Origin: a virus
Taxonomy: Duplodnaviria > Caudoviricetes
DNA: 64,000 nucleotides
Virus record (IMG/VR): IMGVR_UViG_3300014732_000001
Coordinates: 1-64,000 of that record
Direction: 5' to 3' (one strand)
Made by a program: the position numbers and the translations under genes. The notes below the pieces were generated by a model that saw nothing but the letters and a program-made list of their open reading frames with translations, did not search any database and had not been told where the DNA came from. Positions 8,161 through 18,371 of this stretch are shown piece by piece. Every line of letters starts with the position of its first letter. The first letter of the stretch is position 1.

Positions 8161-9359
8161 CAAAAGGTTGTAAACAAATACAACCCTTCCGACTATATCT
8201 TCATTTCAGTTTTGTACCGTAGGCAGTCTGGAAGATTGTCCTTAAACGGTTCAATAAAACACTTATAGAACATAACAGCGGAATCCATTGTACCTATTTT
8301 CAAATAATTATTTGAAACTGTTGTTGAGATTCCGTATGTTTTGAGTTCCTCTACCAAAGAACTCAAAACGAGACCATCTTGTACATACATCTGTACATAA
8401 TTATTACCTCGACCTGAAAGATCAAAGTTCAAATAACCGTCGTCCATGAAATACAAACACATGCCGAAGGGTGTGAGAGCCTTGACCAACTCATCTTTTG
8501 TTGCATTTTTAACCCACTCTGTAATTTTCGTAGGCAGTTTACGAGAGTACCACGTCACATATTCGTGTCCTTGCTTGTGTTTAAAGGTCTTCACACTACC
8601 TGCCGGATTTGTGTGCGGGAACGCTTTATTGAATAGAGCTGCTTTGTAGTAGACATAATCAGACTGACGAATACCATGACTTATAGTCAAAGCTTGCCTA
8701 TCACTACAGTAATGCCCATCGCCAAGAATCTGCGAGACCACCAGAGATTTGTTCTCATCAATTGTCGGATTATATTTAACCTCAAAAGTCTCCATCAGGC
8801 AAATCGCCCTCGCCCTTTCAAACGTAGACACACCAAAATGTTTATCAAACAAGCCAACGCGACGACTTTGACTGAGATTCAGAGTCTCCCACAAGTCTCC
8901 AACGCATTCCGAGAGAATGATTGCCTTGACCAACTCATTACGGGTAGGTTGAAGTATGGTGTTAACTTTCTCACTGACAGTCATGCCGTAGTAGCTCTTA
9001 AACCTTTTACAAAAGGCTACAGTCCCAATACCAAACTCAGCACAGGCCAGCGAGCAAAGACTATTTGACTTTACATCTTTATTTGTCTTAACTTGCGACA
9101 AGAACTCATCGCAAAAACTTTTAAAATCGGTAGATTTTACTTTCATGTTATGTCCTCCTAAGTGTACTAACAACTGAATGCTTCGTACATAGTCTGTGAA
9201 CCTTCCTCTTGGTAAGAGGCTCGGCTGCTGATTGTCCAACACGTTTTCTTTTCAAACCGTCACACTCACCGTTTCCAGTCATGTTGTGGTGAAAACATTT
9301 TAACAGAGTCCCAGCAATTCTCGAAGTTTTTATTTTAAAGTTGTGAAACCAAATTATCA
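8161..9359 (-). mobile_element. Group I intron in nrdA with ORF in loop L8
   Basis: Exon ends in U with P1 (GUUGUG/CACAAC); P AAUUGCUGGGA, Q AAUCAGCAG, R GUUCACAGACUA, S AAGAUAUAGUC, P9 hairpin, terminal G at 8161; splicing restores ...QLCN-EIT... Confidence 0.93.
8193..9146 (-). CDS. Intron-encoded LAGLIDADG homing endonuclease
   Basis: ATG 9146 after AGGAGG; two motifs 'VSQILGDGHY' and 'CLYFMDDGYL'. Confidence 0.85.
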   Translation of the reverse strand: MKVKSTDFKSFCDEFLSQVKTNKDVKSNSLCSLACAEFGIGTVAFCKRFKSYYGMTVSEKVNTILQPTRNELVKAIILSECVGDLWETLNLSQSRRVGLFDKHFGVSTFERARAICLMETFEVKYNPTIDENKSLVVSQILGDGHYCSDRQALTISHGIRQSDYVYYKAALFNKAFPHTNPAGSVKTFKHKQGHEYVTWYSRKLPTKITEWVKNATKDELVKALTPFGMCLYFMDDGYLNFDLSGRGNNYVQMYVQDGLVLSSLVEELKTYGISTTVSNNYLKIGTMDSAVMFYKCFIEPFKDNLPDCLRYKTEMKI

Positions 9360-10163
9360 ATTACACAACTGAGCTGCTTTTACATCAAGGTTGTGGTCCT
9401 TATACCATTGAGGACGCTTGCGATTCGCCTTGTCTGGGAAGAATAGATATCCTTTACCAGTCACCATCTTAGTCTTCAAAGCTTTCTTGAATCGATAATG
9501 AGCTTCTTCATCACCTTCCCGCATTTTCTCTGTGTCGCTATCATGCCAGTTCCACCCGATATTATTACCGTCAGGGTGTTGTTCCAGATACGCACATACT
9601 TCGTGGAAATCTCCATGGCTGATCGGCAGATAGCCCGCCCAAGAACCTCTACGAGCAGTTCCTTGTGCCACATATTCCATGTCTGCTTGCATACCCATAA
9701 TAACAGGCATTACGCCAACAGATTTCCCACCAGCACTAATCTGACTACCACGGGGACGGATATCTCCGAGATAACCTGCTGTACCAAAACCATACTTTGT
9801 TAGGATTGCAGTTTCATGTTTAGCACGATAAATACCATCAATACTATCGGGAAAGTAACTACCGGCACATGACACAGGCAAGCCACGAGTGGTCCCACAA
9901 TTAGCCAGAATTGGTGTGCTAGGACTTAGCCAACCCTTCCACATAATGTCAAAAAACTTATCCTTCCACACGGCAGGATCAGGTGTGTGAGCTGCCAAAG
10001 TGTTAGCAATACGTTGATATTGCTCTTTAGGGTTAGCAGCCTGATACAGATATTTCTCTTTAAAAAGCTGCCAGCTCCCTGTGCTCCAATGGAGAGGCAT
10101 AAGCCCCTCCGCTTGTAGTTTCTTACGCTCTTCGCTGAGCTTATCATAAATACCACTAGACAA
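9360..10163 (-). CDS. nrdA: Ribonucleotide reductase class Ia alpha, exon 1
   Basis: 'LSPSTPILAN.G..RGLPVSC', 'RRGSWAGYL', ends 'AAQLCN' at the splice site. Confidence 0.93.
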
Positions 10164-11159
10164 TTATTTTACCTCCCAACTAAAGCCGTTAATATCCCAG
10201 TCACGGACATATTGATTTCCCTGCGAAGAGAAGAAATCTTGTGCCTGATAACCATTGATGCCCCGATAGAACCAGTCAGCAACTGGGTTATACTCTACCT
10301 TGAACAGATTCTTGTATCCAAGATTACGTAGACAGAGGTTAACACGACTCTGAGCAAAATGCTGAAGCTGAGTATCTGTGATTCCCTCAATCTTCCCCTT
10401 CTCAAAAATCTTAGCAATAATCAGTTTCTCATGCTCGTATACGGTGTTGGCTGCATCATACACATCCTTTTCCAAAGTAGCAAGATACTCATCATCAATC
10501 TTACCAGCATCAACCAACTCTTTTTTCAGTGTTCGGAACAGCCAAGCTGCTGCTTCTGCATGAAGATTTTCATCACGAGCGCTAAAATTAATTCCGCTAA
10601 CAACATTTAACAGCTTATTCTTTCCTTGACTCTGGAAGTGCTTCAGGAAAGCAAAGCTTGAATAAAGAACAGCACCCTCACCGAATGTAAAACACCCTAG
10701 GGCGCGAAGATCATCAGCATCAGAAAGTGTATTCTCCAAGTAATCAATACGTTGCTTCAGTTCTGCATCTTCAATATACGAATCATAAAACTCATCTGTT
10801 GCAATTCCAAGCTCTTCGTTCAAGGTCTTGTAGAAGAACAAGTGGACACCAAGCTCAACCCCACCAAAAGTAGCAGCCATCGGTTGAATATCGGCAGGAC
10901 GTGGAAACTTCTTCATAACGAAGTTAAGCCAAAACTCATCACCAATAATCTGTTCATACTTACTGAAAAGCTTAAGCACCATAATTGTGCCATGACGCTC
11001 TGCTTCCGACATGTTTACAAGAATGTCTTGTTTGTCTTTGGCAACCTTCACCTCAAAATGAGGCCAGAAAACAGATTGCTGTTTATTCATAAAATCTACA
11101 GCTTCTGGGTAGTCTACAGTAAAAGTGGACTTTGGTGTACGAATCCTTACATCTGTCAA
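10164..11159 (-). CDS. nrdB: Ribonucleotide reductase class Ia beta
   Basis: Diiron motifs 'ELGVH..FY', 'EG..LYSSFA', 'DENLH'; adjacent to nrdA. Confidence 0.92.
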   Translation of the reverse strand: MTDVRIRTPKSTFTVDYPEAVDFMNKQQSVFWPHFEVKVAKDKQDILVNMSEAERHGTIMVLKLFSKYEQIIGDEFWLNFVMKKFPRPADIQPMAATFGGVELGVHLFFYKTLNEELGIATDEFYDSYIEDAELKQRIDYLENTLSDADDLRALGCFTFGEGAVLYSSFAFLKHFQSQGKNKLLNVVSGINFSARDENLHAEAAAWLFRTLKKELVDAGKIDDEYLATLEKDVYDAANTVYEHEKLIIAKIFEKGKIEGITDTQLQHFAQSRVNLCLRNLGYKNLFKVEYNPVADWFYRGINGYQAQDFFSSQGNQYVRDWDINGFSWEVK

Positions 11160-11185
11160 TTTATCCTCCTCAAAATTCTTTTCTA

Positions 11186-11536
11186 TCAGTCATCTTCCCA
11201 AGAGCTAATCGCCCCACGGGGGTTGAGCATCGCCAAGTGTACCCGCTTACTCGCATCAGGACAAGCTCCAATGTGCGCCTCAAGGCTTGCATAAGGACTG
11301 TCTAACCAAGCTTTGTCTGTACGTTCAAAGCCCTCAACCCTTACCCCCATCCAAGGTTCTTTAGTTGTCTCTGGACGATGTAGAACAGAGATAAGATCAT
11401 ACCCTTGTGAGATATCAAAGCCAATAGAAAAAAGTAGTTCTTCCATCTTCTTTTTATCTTCATTCACTACAGAACTCTTAAACTCTGCATTTTGCATCAG
11501 ATCATAAAAACTCTTTGCGTAATGTACACCGCTCAT
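11186..11536 (-). CDS. Hypothetical protein
   Basis: 116 aa ORF in operon, overlapping stop/start. Confidence 0.75.
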   Translation of the reverse strand: MSGVHYAKSFYDLMQNAEFKSSVVNEDKKKMEELLFSIGFDISQGYDLISVLHRPETTKEPWMGVRVEGFERTDKAWLDSPYASLEAHIGACPDASKRVHLAMLNPRGAISSWEDD

Positions 11537-11730
11537 TTACTACCTCCCCACAACTTATTCAATGCAGCACGAGGACTCATACCAACTTGATAATAGCCTA
11601 CGAACTCTGTAGCGTTGTCAATGAATCGACGATACGCCTCATTCTTTTTAATACCTTCAACGTGCTTGATTAGAACAGCAAGCTCCTCAATCCAATCCTC
11701 AAGAGGAAACTCTTCTCGAAAGCCAATCAT
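11533..11730 (-). CDS. Hypothetical protein
   Basis: 65 aa, GAGGAG RBS. Confidence 0.7.
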   Translation of the reverse strand: MIGFREEFPLEDWIEELAVLIKHVEGIKKNEAYRRFIDNATEFVGYYQVGMSPRAALNKLWGGSK

Positions 11731-11746
11731 TTTATTTACTCCTCAA

Positions 11747-12433
11747 TCAAACTTTCATATGATCCATCAGAGCAGCCCACGATACAGGGTACAGCGGAGC
11801 TACAACATCGTGAATCTTTTGAGCAAGCTCTTGTGCTTCTTTCTGTGCATGGTTATCAAGACGGAGCTTACACACACGAGCAAAGGCAACGAGAGAACCA
11901 GTCCACACCCAGTTAGTCATCGTAGACTGAGGAAGTACCATCCTAGCCTGTTCAGGAGCAATGCCAGATTCAAGCATGTTATTGTAAAGGTAGAGGCATT
12001 GCTCTGCAACATACTCATAACAATCGTCTGCAAACTGATTCTCTGCATCGTCATTCCACCGCAGAAGGTCGATTACTTCCTCGCCACTCCCCTGCTTCAT
12101 GTTCTTAGGACGACTACGCCATGCTTCTGGTTTATAGAACTCAGGAGTGTCGTCAATATAGCGCCGACTCTCTTCGTTCCATACCAACCCAATCTGATGC
12201 TTTACAAACTGACGTGCCATGAAGATCGGAGCCTTGACACGAATCTGTACCGATGTGTGTGCCAGAGGACTCCAATGGTTGTGCTTTGCAAGATAGTTAA
12301 TCAGTTTAGTATCTTTCTCAAGATCAAACTCTTTTGACTCTTTAGCGAAACTCACCCTTGCCGCATTCACCACATTAACGTCAGAACCCATGTGACAAAC
12401 GTATTGTACTTCCATCTCTGTGAACTTAATCAA
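11747..12433 (-). CDS. thyX: Flavin-dependent thymidylate synthase
   Basis: 'MGSD..VVNAARVSF', 'HWSPLAH', 'RQFVKHQ...NEESRRY', 'EQARMVLP', 'HAQKE'. Confidence 0.94.
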   Translation of the reverse strand: MIKFTEMEVQYVCHMGSDVNVVNAARVSFAKESKEFDLEKDTKLINYLAKHNHWSPLAHTSVQIRVKAPIFMARQFVKHQIGLVWNEESRRYIDDTPEFYKPEAWRSRPKNMKQGSGEEVIDLLRWNDDAENQFADDCYEYVAEQCLYLYNNMLESGIAPEQARMVLPQSTMTNWVWTGSLVAFARVCKLRLDNHAQKEAQELAQKIHDVVAPLYPVSWAALMDHMKV

Positions 12434-12439
12434 TTAAAT

Positions 12440-12877
12440 CTACTCCCCATATTCAAACTTCAAAATAAACTGTGCGTAGTGGATAACCTTGCGGATGTCT
12501 TCTGCGCCGTTCTTGTCCTTGTGGCGTGTCACATATTTGACAATGTTTCCTTGGCAGAAATCAAGATTGTTAGCCGTGATGTACTCAATCGGCTGAATCT
12601 TTTTATCTTTGTAGTGACTGCCGCCGTGCTGAATATCAAGAACTGAGTCTTGCTTCAAGTCTGTATTAATCACATCCAGAAGTTTTTCGTTTGGTGCTGG
12701 GAAATCATCCTCTTTCAGCAACTCAACCTCCACAGCTTGAAGGGGGCCAAGAGTCCATAGTTTTCCGTAGTTCACGAAGTTATATGTTTTCGTACCTTCA
12801 TCCCACAGTGCGTCGTGCTCGCTGCCTTTATACAACCCTTGGTGTTGGTATGTATCCACCAATACACGAATCTTCAT
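12440..12877 (-). CDS. DUF3310/SaV-like protein
   Basis: 'GGSHY...IQPIEYI...DFCQGNIVKYVTR...KNGAEDIRKVIHY'; start refined to 12877. Confidence 0.8.
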   Translation of the reverse strand: MKIRVLVDTYQHQGLYKGSEHDALWDEGTKTYNFVNYGKLWTLGPLQAVEVELLKEDDFPAPNEKLLDVINTDLKQDSVLDIQHGGSHYKDKKIQPIEYITANNLDFCQGNIVKYVTRHKDKNGAEDIRKVIHYAQFILKFEYGE

Positions 12878-12940
12878 CTCCACTCCTCCTTTGTTACGTC
12901 TGCATAACAATCTTACTCAAATGTAATGAGTGTTAGACAT

Positions 12941-13441
12941 TCACTCTGGAATACACTCACTCAAATCAACACTAACGAAGTCTTTTGGTTTTAGCACTTT
13001 GCGTGCTCCGTTACGAACAGTGTAATATGGAATGCCTTTATACACAACCTCTTCAATGTGCAAACCCTCCTGTTTAACTCCTTTCAAACCATGCTCTTCG
13101 TAGTGGTCAAGAGTTTCCTTAGCCTTGGTGTATGTACGGAAAATCTTAGTGTCGTTATTCTTGTTTACAAGGTCCATAGCAAGATCGGTGTCGAAGTCTG
13201 CTTGATAGACAAGTTCAGCCAAGAAACAAAACGTTACCATTATGTCACAAACCCCATCCAACAGCTCAACAGCATCCCCTCGTGAAGCTGCTTCCAATGT
13301 TTCTTTAGCTTCCTCTACAACAAGCTTAGCTTGATTCTCTACAGCTCGCCAGAATTGAATATCGTCGTGGTGATAAAACTGATTTCCGGCTTTTGAATTC
13401 CACTCTACGATTTTCTTGTAATGCTCTTTAATGTCCAGCAA
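12941..13441 (-). CDS. MazG-like NTP pyrophosphohydrolase
   Basis: 'LVVEEAKE...ELLDGVCDIMV' ExxE...DxxxD pattern; TTG start after GAGGAG. Confidence 0.7.
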   Translation of the reverse strand: MLDIKEHYKKIVEWNSKAGNQFYHHDDIQFWRAVENQAKLVVEEAKETLEAASRGDAVELLDGVCDIMVTFCFLAELVYQADFDTDLAMDLVNKNNDTKIFRTYTKAKETLDHYEEHGLKGVKQEGLHIEEVVYKGIPYYTVRNGARKVLKPKDFVSVDLSECIPE

Positions 13442-13564
13442 CTTCTTTCTCCTCTTACATGTATTCATGTGCCTATTTGGGAATCCTTTCCCCTCCTATT
13501 TGCTTCTGCTAAGAAGCTCTCCATGCTGCGTATTGTTTCATCTTTTCTTTTGTCTGTCAAGCAG

Positions 13565-14464
13565 TTAACGTTCGATCCAGCGTCCGTTTGAGTCGAGTAG
13601 CATTGGTTCGAGAACTGGCTGACTGTCAATAATCAACCCGGTCCCAATTACAGGCCGCTTAATATTAACGTTGTTGTAACTAAAAGCCAAGGCGTCATCG
13701 TCAATCAGACAACCACACTGCATAGCCCAGAACAAGCCGTTAGGATTTCCCCAATAGTCAACCTTAAATGACTCATGATAGTGGCCTTGGATCGCACACA
13801 TCCCCATCTGTTGACTGAGCTTGATTACATCACTCGCTTTACCGTGGTGGATATAGCACTTTTGACCATTCGGCAATGTGATTGTCAAATCAAATGACCA
13901 TTTCCAGCCACCATCTACGCCTAAAACGTCATTATAACTCTTGATGTAATGTTTTGGAATACCAAAAGTCTTAGCTTTACGCCACACTAGGCTCCCGTGA
14001 TTCGATTCAATAATGTCCATCTTTGGGAAGAGCTTGAACAGTTCAGCGACTACCGGCAAACTTTTACGAAGCTCGTCTCCCGCGCTTGGTAGGTCAGGAT
14101 CACTATCGTGGTAGCTCAGTGCGTGTTTATCAAGTTCGTCCCCCAAACAGATTACTCGTGTAGGTTCGTGCTTTTCTTTTAGGTGTCTAAGAAAAGCAAT
14201 CAAGTCCGGGTGATGATATGGAATATGCATGTCACTAATCAACAGAACCCGGCTGTTGTCTTCACCCTTGTCCTCTTTCCGTACAGAGAAAACCTCTGAT
14301 GATTTCTTGTTGTTTACAAGCTCTTTAGAAAAAATCTTTCGAAGGTGGTCACTCACGGTCGAGCGCGGCTTATCAAGATGCTTGGCGATCTGACGCCAAG
14401 AGATTCCCTCACGAGCCAGAACCTCGGCCTGCTCTTGCCAGCTATTTGTTCGCACTGTATTCAA
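13565..14464 (-). CDS. Calcineurin-like metallophosphoesterase with N-terminal HTH
   Basis: 'ISDMHIPY', 'LGDELD', 'SNH', 'HHG', 'GHYH'; N-terminal 'ISWRQIAKHLDKPRSTVSDHLR'. Confidence 0.85.
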   Translation of the reverse strand: MNTVRTNSWQEQAEVLAREGISWRQIAKHLDKPRSTVSDHLRKIFSKELVNNKKSSEVFSVRKEDKGEDNSRVLLISDMHIPYHHPDLIAFLRHLKEKHEPTRVICLGDELDKHALSYHDSDPDLPSAGDELRKSLPVVAELFKLFPKMDIIESNHGSLVWRKAKTFGIPKHYIKSYNDVLGVDGGWKWSFDLTITLPNGQKCYIHHGKASDVIKLSQQMGMCAIQGHYHESFKVDYWGNPNGLFWAMQCGCLIDDDALAFSYNNVNIKRPVIGTGLIIDSQPVLEPMLLDSNGRWIER

Positions 14465-14661
14465 ACTACACTCTCCTCTTTCAGATTATCAAAATCCAGA
14501 AACCGACTAAAATCCTCAGCACCAATTTTCTTATTACCCCGCTCAGAAGCAGAACGAGAAAGAAGAATCTTTTCAAGACGTTCAATCTTCTCTTCAAGCT
14601 TCTCAAGCTTTAGTATTAGATTTGTGTAATACGTATTCGCAGAATACATGTCTTCTTTCAT
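14461..14661 (-). CDS. Hypothetical protein
   Basis: 66 aa, overlapping stop/start. Confidence 0.6.
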   Translation of the reverse strand: MKEDMYSANTYYTNLILKLEKLEEKIERLEKILLSRSASERGNKKIGAEDFSRFLDFDNLKEESVV

Positions 14662-14819
14662 TCCTCATCTCCCATATTCTTAAGCTCATGTTTAAGCCAA
14701 TCTCGAAGAGCTTTCAACCCTTGTTCTTCTCCAAGCTCATTGATTAGCTCTTTTGTGTTTGAAAGACACTCAATAAGAGCATCTTCATACCCAAGCTTAT
14801 ACCCTGCTTGATACTCCAT
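14658..14819 (-). CDS. Small hypothetical protein (below ORF-track cutoff)
   Basis: 53 aa MEYQAGYKLGYEDA..., stop/start overlaps on both sides. Confidence 0.55.
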   Translation of the reverse strand: MEYQAGYKLGYEDALIECLSNTKELINELGEEQGLKALRDWLKHELKNMGDEE

Positions 14820-14968
14820 TAGACATCCTCTTCTTCTTGTTCAATTTGCTCTATCAGGATGTCGTAAGCGGCGTTCAAATGGTCTAGTGTCTCTCGCCAA
14901 ACACCTTCCCGATGCAGGTCTGCCATTAAGTCAGTAAGTTGGTGTGAAAGCTCAATAAGGTCATTCAT
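14819..14968 (-). CDS. Small acidic hypothetical protein
   Basis: 49 aa MNDLIELSHQ..., fills gap in operon. Confidence 0.5.
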   Translation of the reverse strand: MNDLIELSHQLTDLMADLHREGVWRETLDHLNAAYDILIEQIEQEEEDV

Positions 14969-15091
14969 TTTACAGAACCCCCACTTGACTCATAAACACA
15001 TTAGCAAACACACCAAACTGAACAATCTCTGCAAAGAACCAACAAGCAAAGAAATTGTCTTTGTCTAGCTCAAGCATCTCTTCATATTTAT

Positions 15092-15694
15092 TCATTTTCT
15101 TTCTCCTTTCAATACTTCCCGTATTTGATCGCGTCGTTTATCAATCGTACTTGCTGGGACAACACCATGTTTCTTCAAGAAAGCTTTCTGTTTCTCCGTG
15201 CCAGAGTTCATTATCGCAATCACTTCTTTCTCTGCCCAAGCATCTTCAATAGAAATTCCATATCTCTGAGAGTATGTCTTAGCAGAGTGGCATGGTATGC
15301 AAAGTAAACTCAAATCATCCCAACATACATTAAGGATGCTATTCGTAAATCCAACCATGTCATCATAAGTTTTCAAGGAGTTTTCACCCTTCTTGTGGTC
15401 ACACTCTATTTTACTCTGGATGAAATACTCATGGCACATTTCACACTCATACAACCACTTACTAACTTTTGACAACTTAGGGGGCAGTTTGTCTTCTGGA
15501 ACGTCAGAGACATGTACAGCCCTCATCATTAGGAGGGAGAGTTTCGTGGGTGAGCGAGACCATGCCTTCCTTACAGCTCCTCGCACCACAGCAACAATAT
15601 CTTTCTCCCTTGGTCTGCCCGTCTCATTGCAAATGTTTTTTAGTTGCTTAGCTAGCTGCTCCTGTTTCTTTTTGATATCGGCTTGCTTAGTCAT
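15092..15694 (-). CDS. HNH/EndoVII-like endonuclease
   Basis: 'ECEMC...IECDH...LLCIPCHSAKT' zinc/HNH pattern; start refined to MTKQ. Confidence 0.72.
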   Translation of the reverse strand: MTKQADIKKKQEQLAKQLKNICNETGRPREKDIVAVVRGAVRKAWSRSPTKLSLLMMRAVHVSDVPEDKLPPKLSKVSKWLYECEMCHEYFIQSKIECDHKKGENSLKTYDDMVGFTNSILNVCWDDLSLLCIPCHSAKTYSQRYGISIEDAWAEKEVIAIMNSGTEKQKAFLKKHGVVPASTIDKRRDQIREVLKGERK

Positions 15695-16409
15695 GTAGCA
15701 GCCCCAGCTCTCTGAGCTTATCTTCCAGTGCTTCCTGAGCCAAATACAGTGTATCAAACCTGCCAACCCTGTGTACCTGCTTATTGTGACTAAAGAAGCA
15801 ATCGTACTTGCCAGACCGAAAGTAGATATTCGGACTCTCTAGGTTGGTTCTCCTATTCCTACCTTGTTGGTGATGTGTTGCCCAGCAACAGTTTTCAGGG
15901 CAATAGTCTCCGTTAACGTCTAACCTCTCTAGGGTAAGTCCAGCAGGTTTTTCCCCCATATCCTCTAGGAAGTTTTCAAACGAACCTCCCTTATCAGTAT
16001 CCCACCGAGAACAAACACTTATACCCCTTCCTCCATAATTTTCATAGCTTTTGGATGTAGGGACATTGCACCTATGTCTCATTGTACACCAAGTATCGTA
16101 CAATGGGTGGTAGCTTAGCCCATGCTTTTTAGCTGAAAACTTTAAGACCGTATTTGCCCACTCAGAGCTTCTCTCTCTTTGGAGGCATCCGCAAGATTTG
16201 GTTGACCCTTTCTTGAGGGCTTGTCCCAACACTGGTCCTGTGGTATTTCCACAATCGCATTCACAAATCCACATAGGGTACTTGTAGGTGGTATCGTATT
16301 TTTTGTTATATTTTACATAATCTTCCGCAGGCTCTTTCACCACCAATCTGTGGAACTTTTTCCCCGTCAAGTCTTCCCTTTTTCTAGCCAAGACTAACCC
16401 CCTTTTCAA
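15687..16409 (-). CDS. Free-standing HNH homing endonuclease
   Basis: 'DLTGKKFHRL..CECDCG..STKSCGC..RC..YGGRGI.VC.RW..F..DMG..TLER.DVNGDY.PENC.WAT'. Confidence 0.87.
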   Translation of the reverse strand: MKRGLVLARKREDLTGKKFHRLVVKEPAEDYVKYNKKYDTTYKYPMWICECDCGNTTGPVLGQALKKGSTKSCGCLQRERSSEWANTVLKFSAKKHGLSYHPLYDTWCTMRHRCNVPTSKSYENYGGRGISVCSRWDTDKGGSFENFLEDMGEKPAGLTLERLDVNGDYCPENCCWATHHQQGRNRRTNLESPNIYFRSGKYDCFFSHNKQVHRVGRFDTLYLAQEALEDKLRELGLLHD

Positions 16410-16485
16410 ACTCTCCTACTTCTGAAACATATTCGAGTAGTTGTTCTTCAGTAATTTTATTCATGTTGTTATCTCCTGTACATCT

Positions 16486-16692
16486 TTAAGTGAGTTCTGA
16501 GTATCTATAGAGTGCCACGCCTGTCGGGGAGTGCTCATCAGTAATCTTTATAAAGTAATCCTCATAACCTTCGTTACTACGGAACACAGAGTTCATGTAG
16601 CTTTCAAAGGTGTAGCCTTCGTACTTAACTACGTGAGGCATTTGAGAATAGACATATTTGCAGAAGTTAATTGCCTCATCTTCGCTCTTCAT
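16486..16692 (-). CDS. Hypothetical protein
   Basis: 68 aa, overlaps exonuclease stop. Confidence 0.65.
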   Translation of the reverse strand: MKSEDEAINFCKYVYSQMPHVVKYEGYTFESYMNSVFRSNEGYEDYFIKITDEHSPTGVALYRYSELT

Positions 16693-17768
16693 ACTTCAAT
16701 TCCCATTTTAGCAAGAAAGTCTTTTACATGCCCAACATCTTTCTTCACATCCGTTCTCATACGCAAGAGACGGAACATTTCATTTAGATGGTCAAGCCAA
16801 TTTCTATCTGTAAAAACACCTGTGTGACTTACAAACTGCATACGAACATCTCCGTAGTACAGCTTATAGGCTTCTACAACACGCTCAAACACTTCTTTAG
16901 GAGTTGATGCTGATGCCACCACACCCCTCGCTGTTTTCTCCCCTAAACCTTGTGTTTTACGAAGCTTATAGCGTTCCAACAACTCATCTGGAAGTTTCGG
17001 TAGCCCCGGAATTGAGTCAATTGTATCGCCCATTAGCAACTGCGTCCCTAAGTTCTTAGCTGCTGTAAGTGGGTCAATCTCAATCAAGCCAAGCTCAGGC
17101 TTGTCAAAGTTATATTGCAGGCAAGGGAATTGCGCCAAATCTTTGTCAATAAAGACTGCAACAGTGTCAAGATTCTGGTGTTGGCGTCTAGCCCTCATCC
17201 AAGCCTTGTGCATTTCTTGCCCCATTAGGTCGTCACTCTCCACCCCTTCTTCTGTCAGCATGTGGTCTTTATACTTCCAAAGCATGTAGTCCCTCACCAC
17301 ATCAAACAGAATAGGTTTAGCTGGGCGGCTATTCTTGTAAGGGACGGTTTCAGCAATATCATACCGGAAGTTCTTACCAACACCATAACAGATTTTGAAG
17401 TCTTTACACCAAGATTGGTTGGTGATGGCTTCAATCTTACTCTTGAATCGACCTTTGACAATAGTCTCTGGTGTGATTACAGAACCATCATCCGAGATTG
17501 TGTCTGAGATAAGTCGAACCAATGGTTCAATTGTAAACTCATCTGCTGATACAGGCTCAAGACCCTTCTCAAATTTCTTGGCATTAACTTCAGCCAACCA
17601 CCCACCATCTTTCTTTTGCCAACTACCAAAGAATTCTGTCTGATTGGGAAACTCTTTAGTCCAACCCGTCTTATTGTGCTTCACAATTACAGAGCTTTGT
17701 TGTCCAGCAAGAGCAGAGTGTACGATCAGTGTGTCGATATCAATGAGAGCCGTATATTTCTTTGTCAT
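16689..17768 (-). CDS. 5'-3' exonuclease (T7 gp6/RNase H-like)
   Basis: 'IDIDTL', 'NFRYDI..YKNSR', 'ESDD', 'DKDL', 'GDTIDSIPG'. Confidence 0.88.
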   Translation of the reverse strand: MTKKYTALIDIDTLIVHSALAGQQSSVIVKHNKTGWTKEFPNQTEFFGSWQKKDGGWLAEVNAKKFEKGLEPVSADEFTIEPLVRLISDTISDDGSVITPETIVKGRFKSKIEAITNQSWCKDFKICYGVGKNFRYDIAETVPYKNSRPAKPILFDVVRDYMLWKYKDHMLTEEGVESDDLMGQEMHKAWMRARRQHQNLDTVAVFIDKDLAQFPCLQYNFDKPELGLIEIDPLTAAKNLGTQLLMGDTIDSIPGLPKLPDELLERYKLRKTQGLGEKTARGVVASASTPKEVFERVVEAYKLYYGDVRMQFVSHTGVFTDRNWLDHLNEMFRLLRMRTDVKKDVGHVKDFLAKMGIEV

Positions 17769-18013
17769 CTTCCCTCCTTAAAATATAACCCTTCTTTCTC
17801 TAGAAGACTTACTGTAAAACCGCCGTCAAGAAAAGCACCTATCAATTTACGAGCAACGTTGTGGCAATCTGCCTCGCTCCCTCGGTAAAGCTCTTGTTCT
17901 CCATCACCTGCATATACAGCATATTTGTGATATCCACCGCTCTTTGTCAGCTTAACCTGATAACGCAAAGTAGCCAGCTCGTCCATAACCTCGTGTGGAT
18001 AACTACCACACAT
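17765..18013 (-). CDS. Hypothetical protein
   Basis: 82 aa ORF in operon. Confidence 0.65.
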   Translation of the reverse strand: MCGSYPHEVMDELATLRYQVKLTKSGGYHKYAVYAGDGEQELYRGSEADCHNVARKLIGAFLDGGFTVSLLEKEGLYFKEGR

Positions 18014-18329
18014 GGGAGCCTCCTCGAATGCGGGGTTTTACACCTGTTAAAAGCTCAAATTGATGTGCTGTCTCCTTGACTACCTCATACCAATCATCCG
18101 TAACTTCTTGGTAATTTGGAATTTTAAATCCGATAAACCAATCTTCAGGACATGAGTCATAATAGGGACTTGCGTATTCAAAGTAACACTCAATTACGTC
18201 CCCAGCATCATCAAGAGCTTCGTGCTCAGAAGTTTCACCTTCTTCAATGATTTTCTCAAAGAACTCTTCAAGCTCTCCATAGGAGCATCCCACCATCAGT
18301 TTGCTATCAACATCAATTCCCATAAACAC
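18003..18329 (-). CDS. Hypothetical acidic protein
   Basis: 108 aa, AGGAGG RBS. Confidence 0.7.
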   Translation of the reverse strand: MFMGIDVDSKLMVGCSYGELEEFFEKIIEEGETSEHEALDDAGDVIECYFEYASPYYDSCPEDWFIGFKIPNYQEVTDDWYEVVKETAHQFELLTGVKPRIRGGSHVW

Positions 18330-18334
18330 CTCCT

Positions 18335-18358
18335 AAAAGAAGGGCTGTGAATCAGCCC
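18335..18358 (-). terminator. Terminator-like hairpin
   Basis: GGGCTG-ATTCA-CAGCCC then TTCTTTT on the minus strand. Confidence 0.6.
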
Positions 18359-18371
18359 CGTTGTGTTTTAC

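Noticed and set aside
7267-8163. Track ORF as an independent 298-aa gene starting at TTG 8163
   Set aside because: The TTG is the last three bases of the group I intron; the region is exon 2 of nrdA.
11615-12337. 240-aa plus-strand ORF, and similar ones at 10752-11294, 19522-20022 and 35571-36047
   Set aside because: Antisense shadows of well-supported genes (thyX, nrdB, SSB and others), with no RBS or recognisable motifs.
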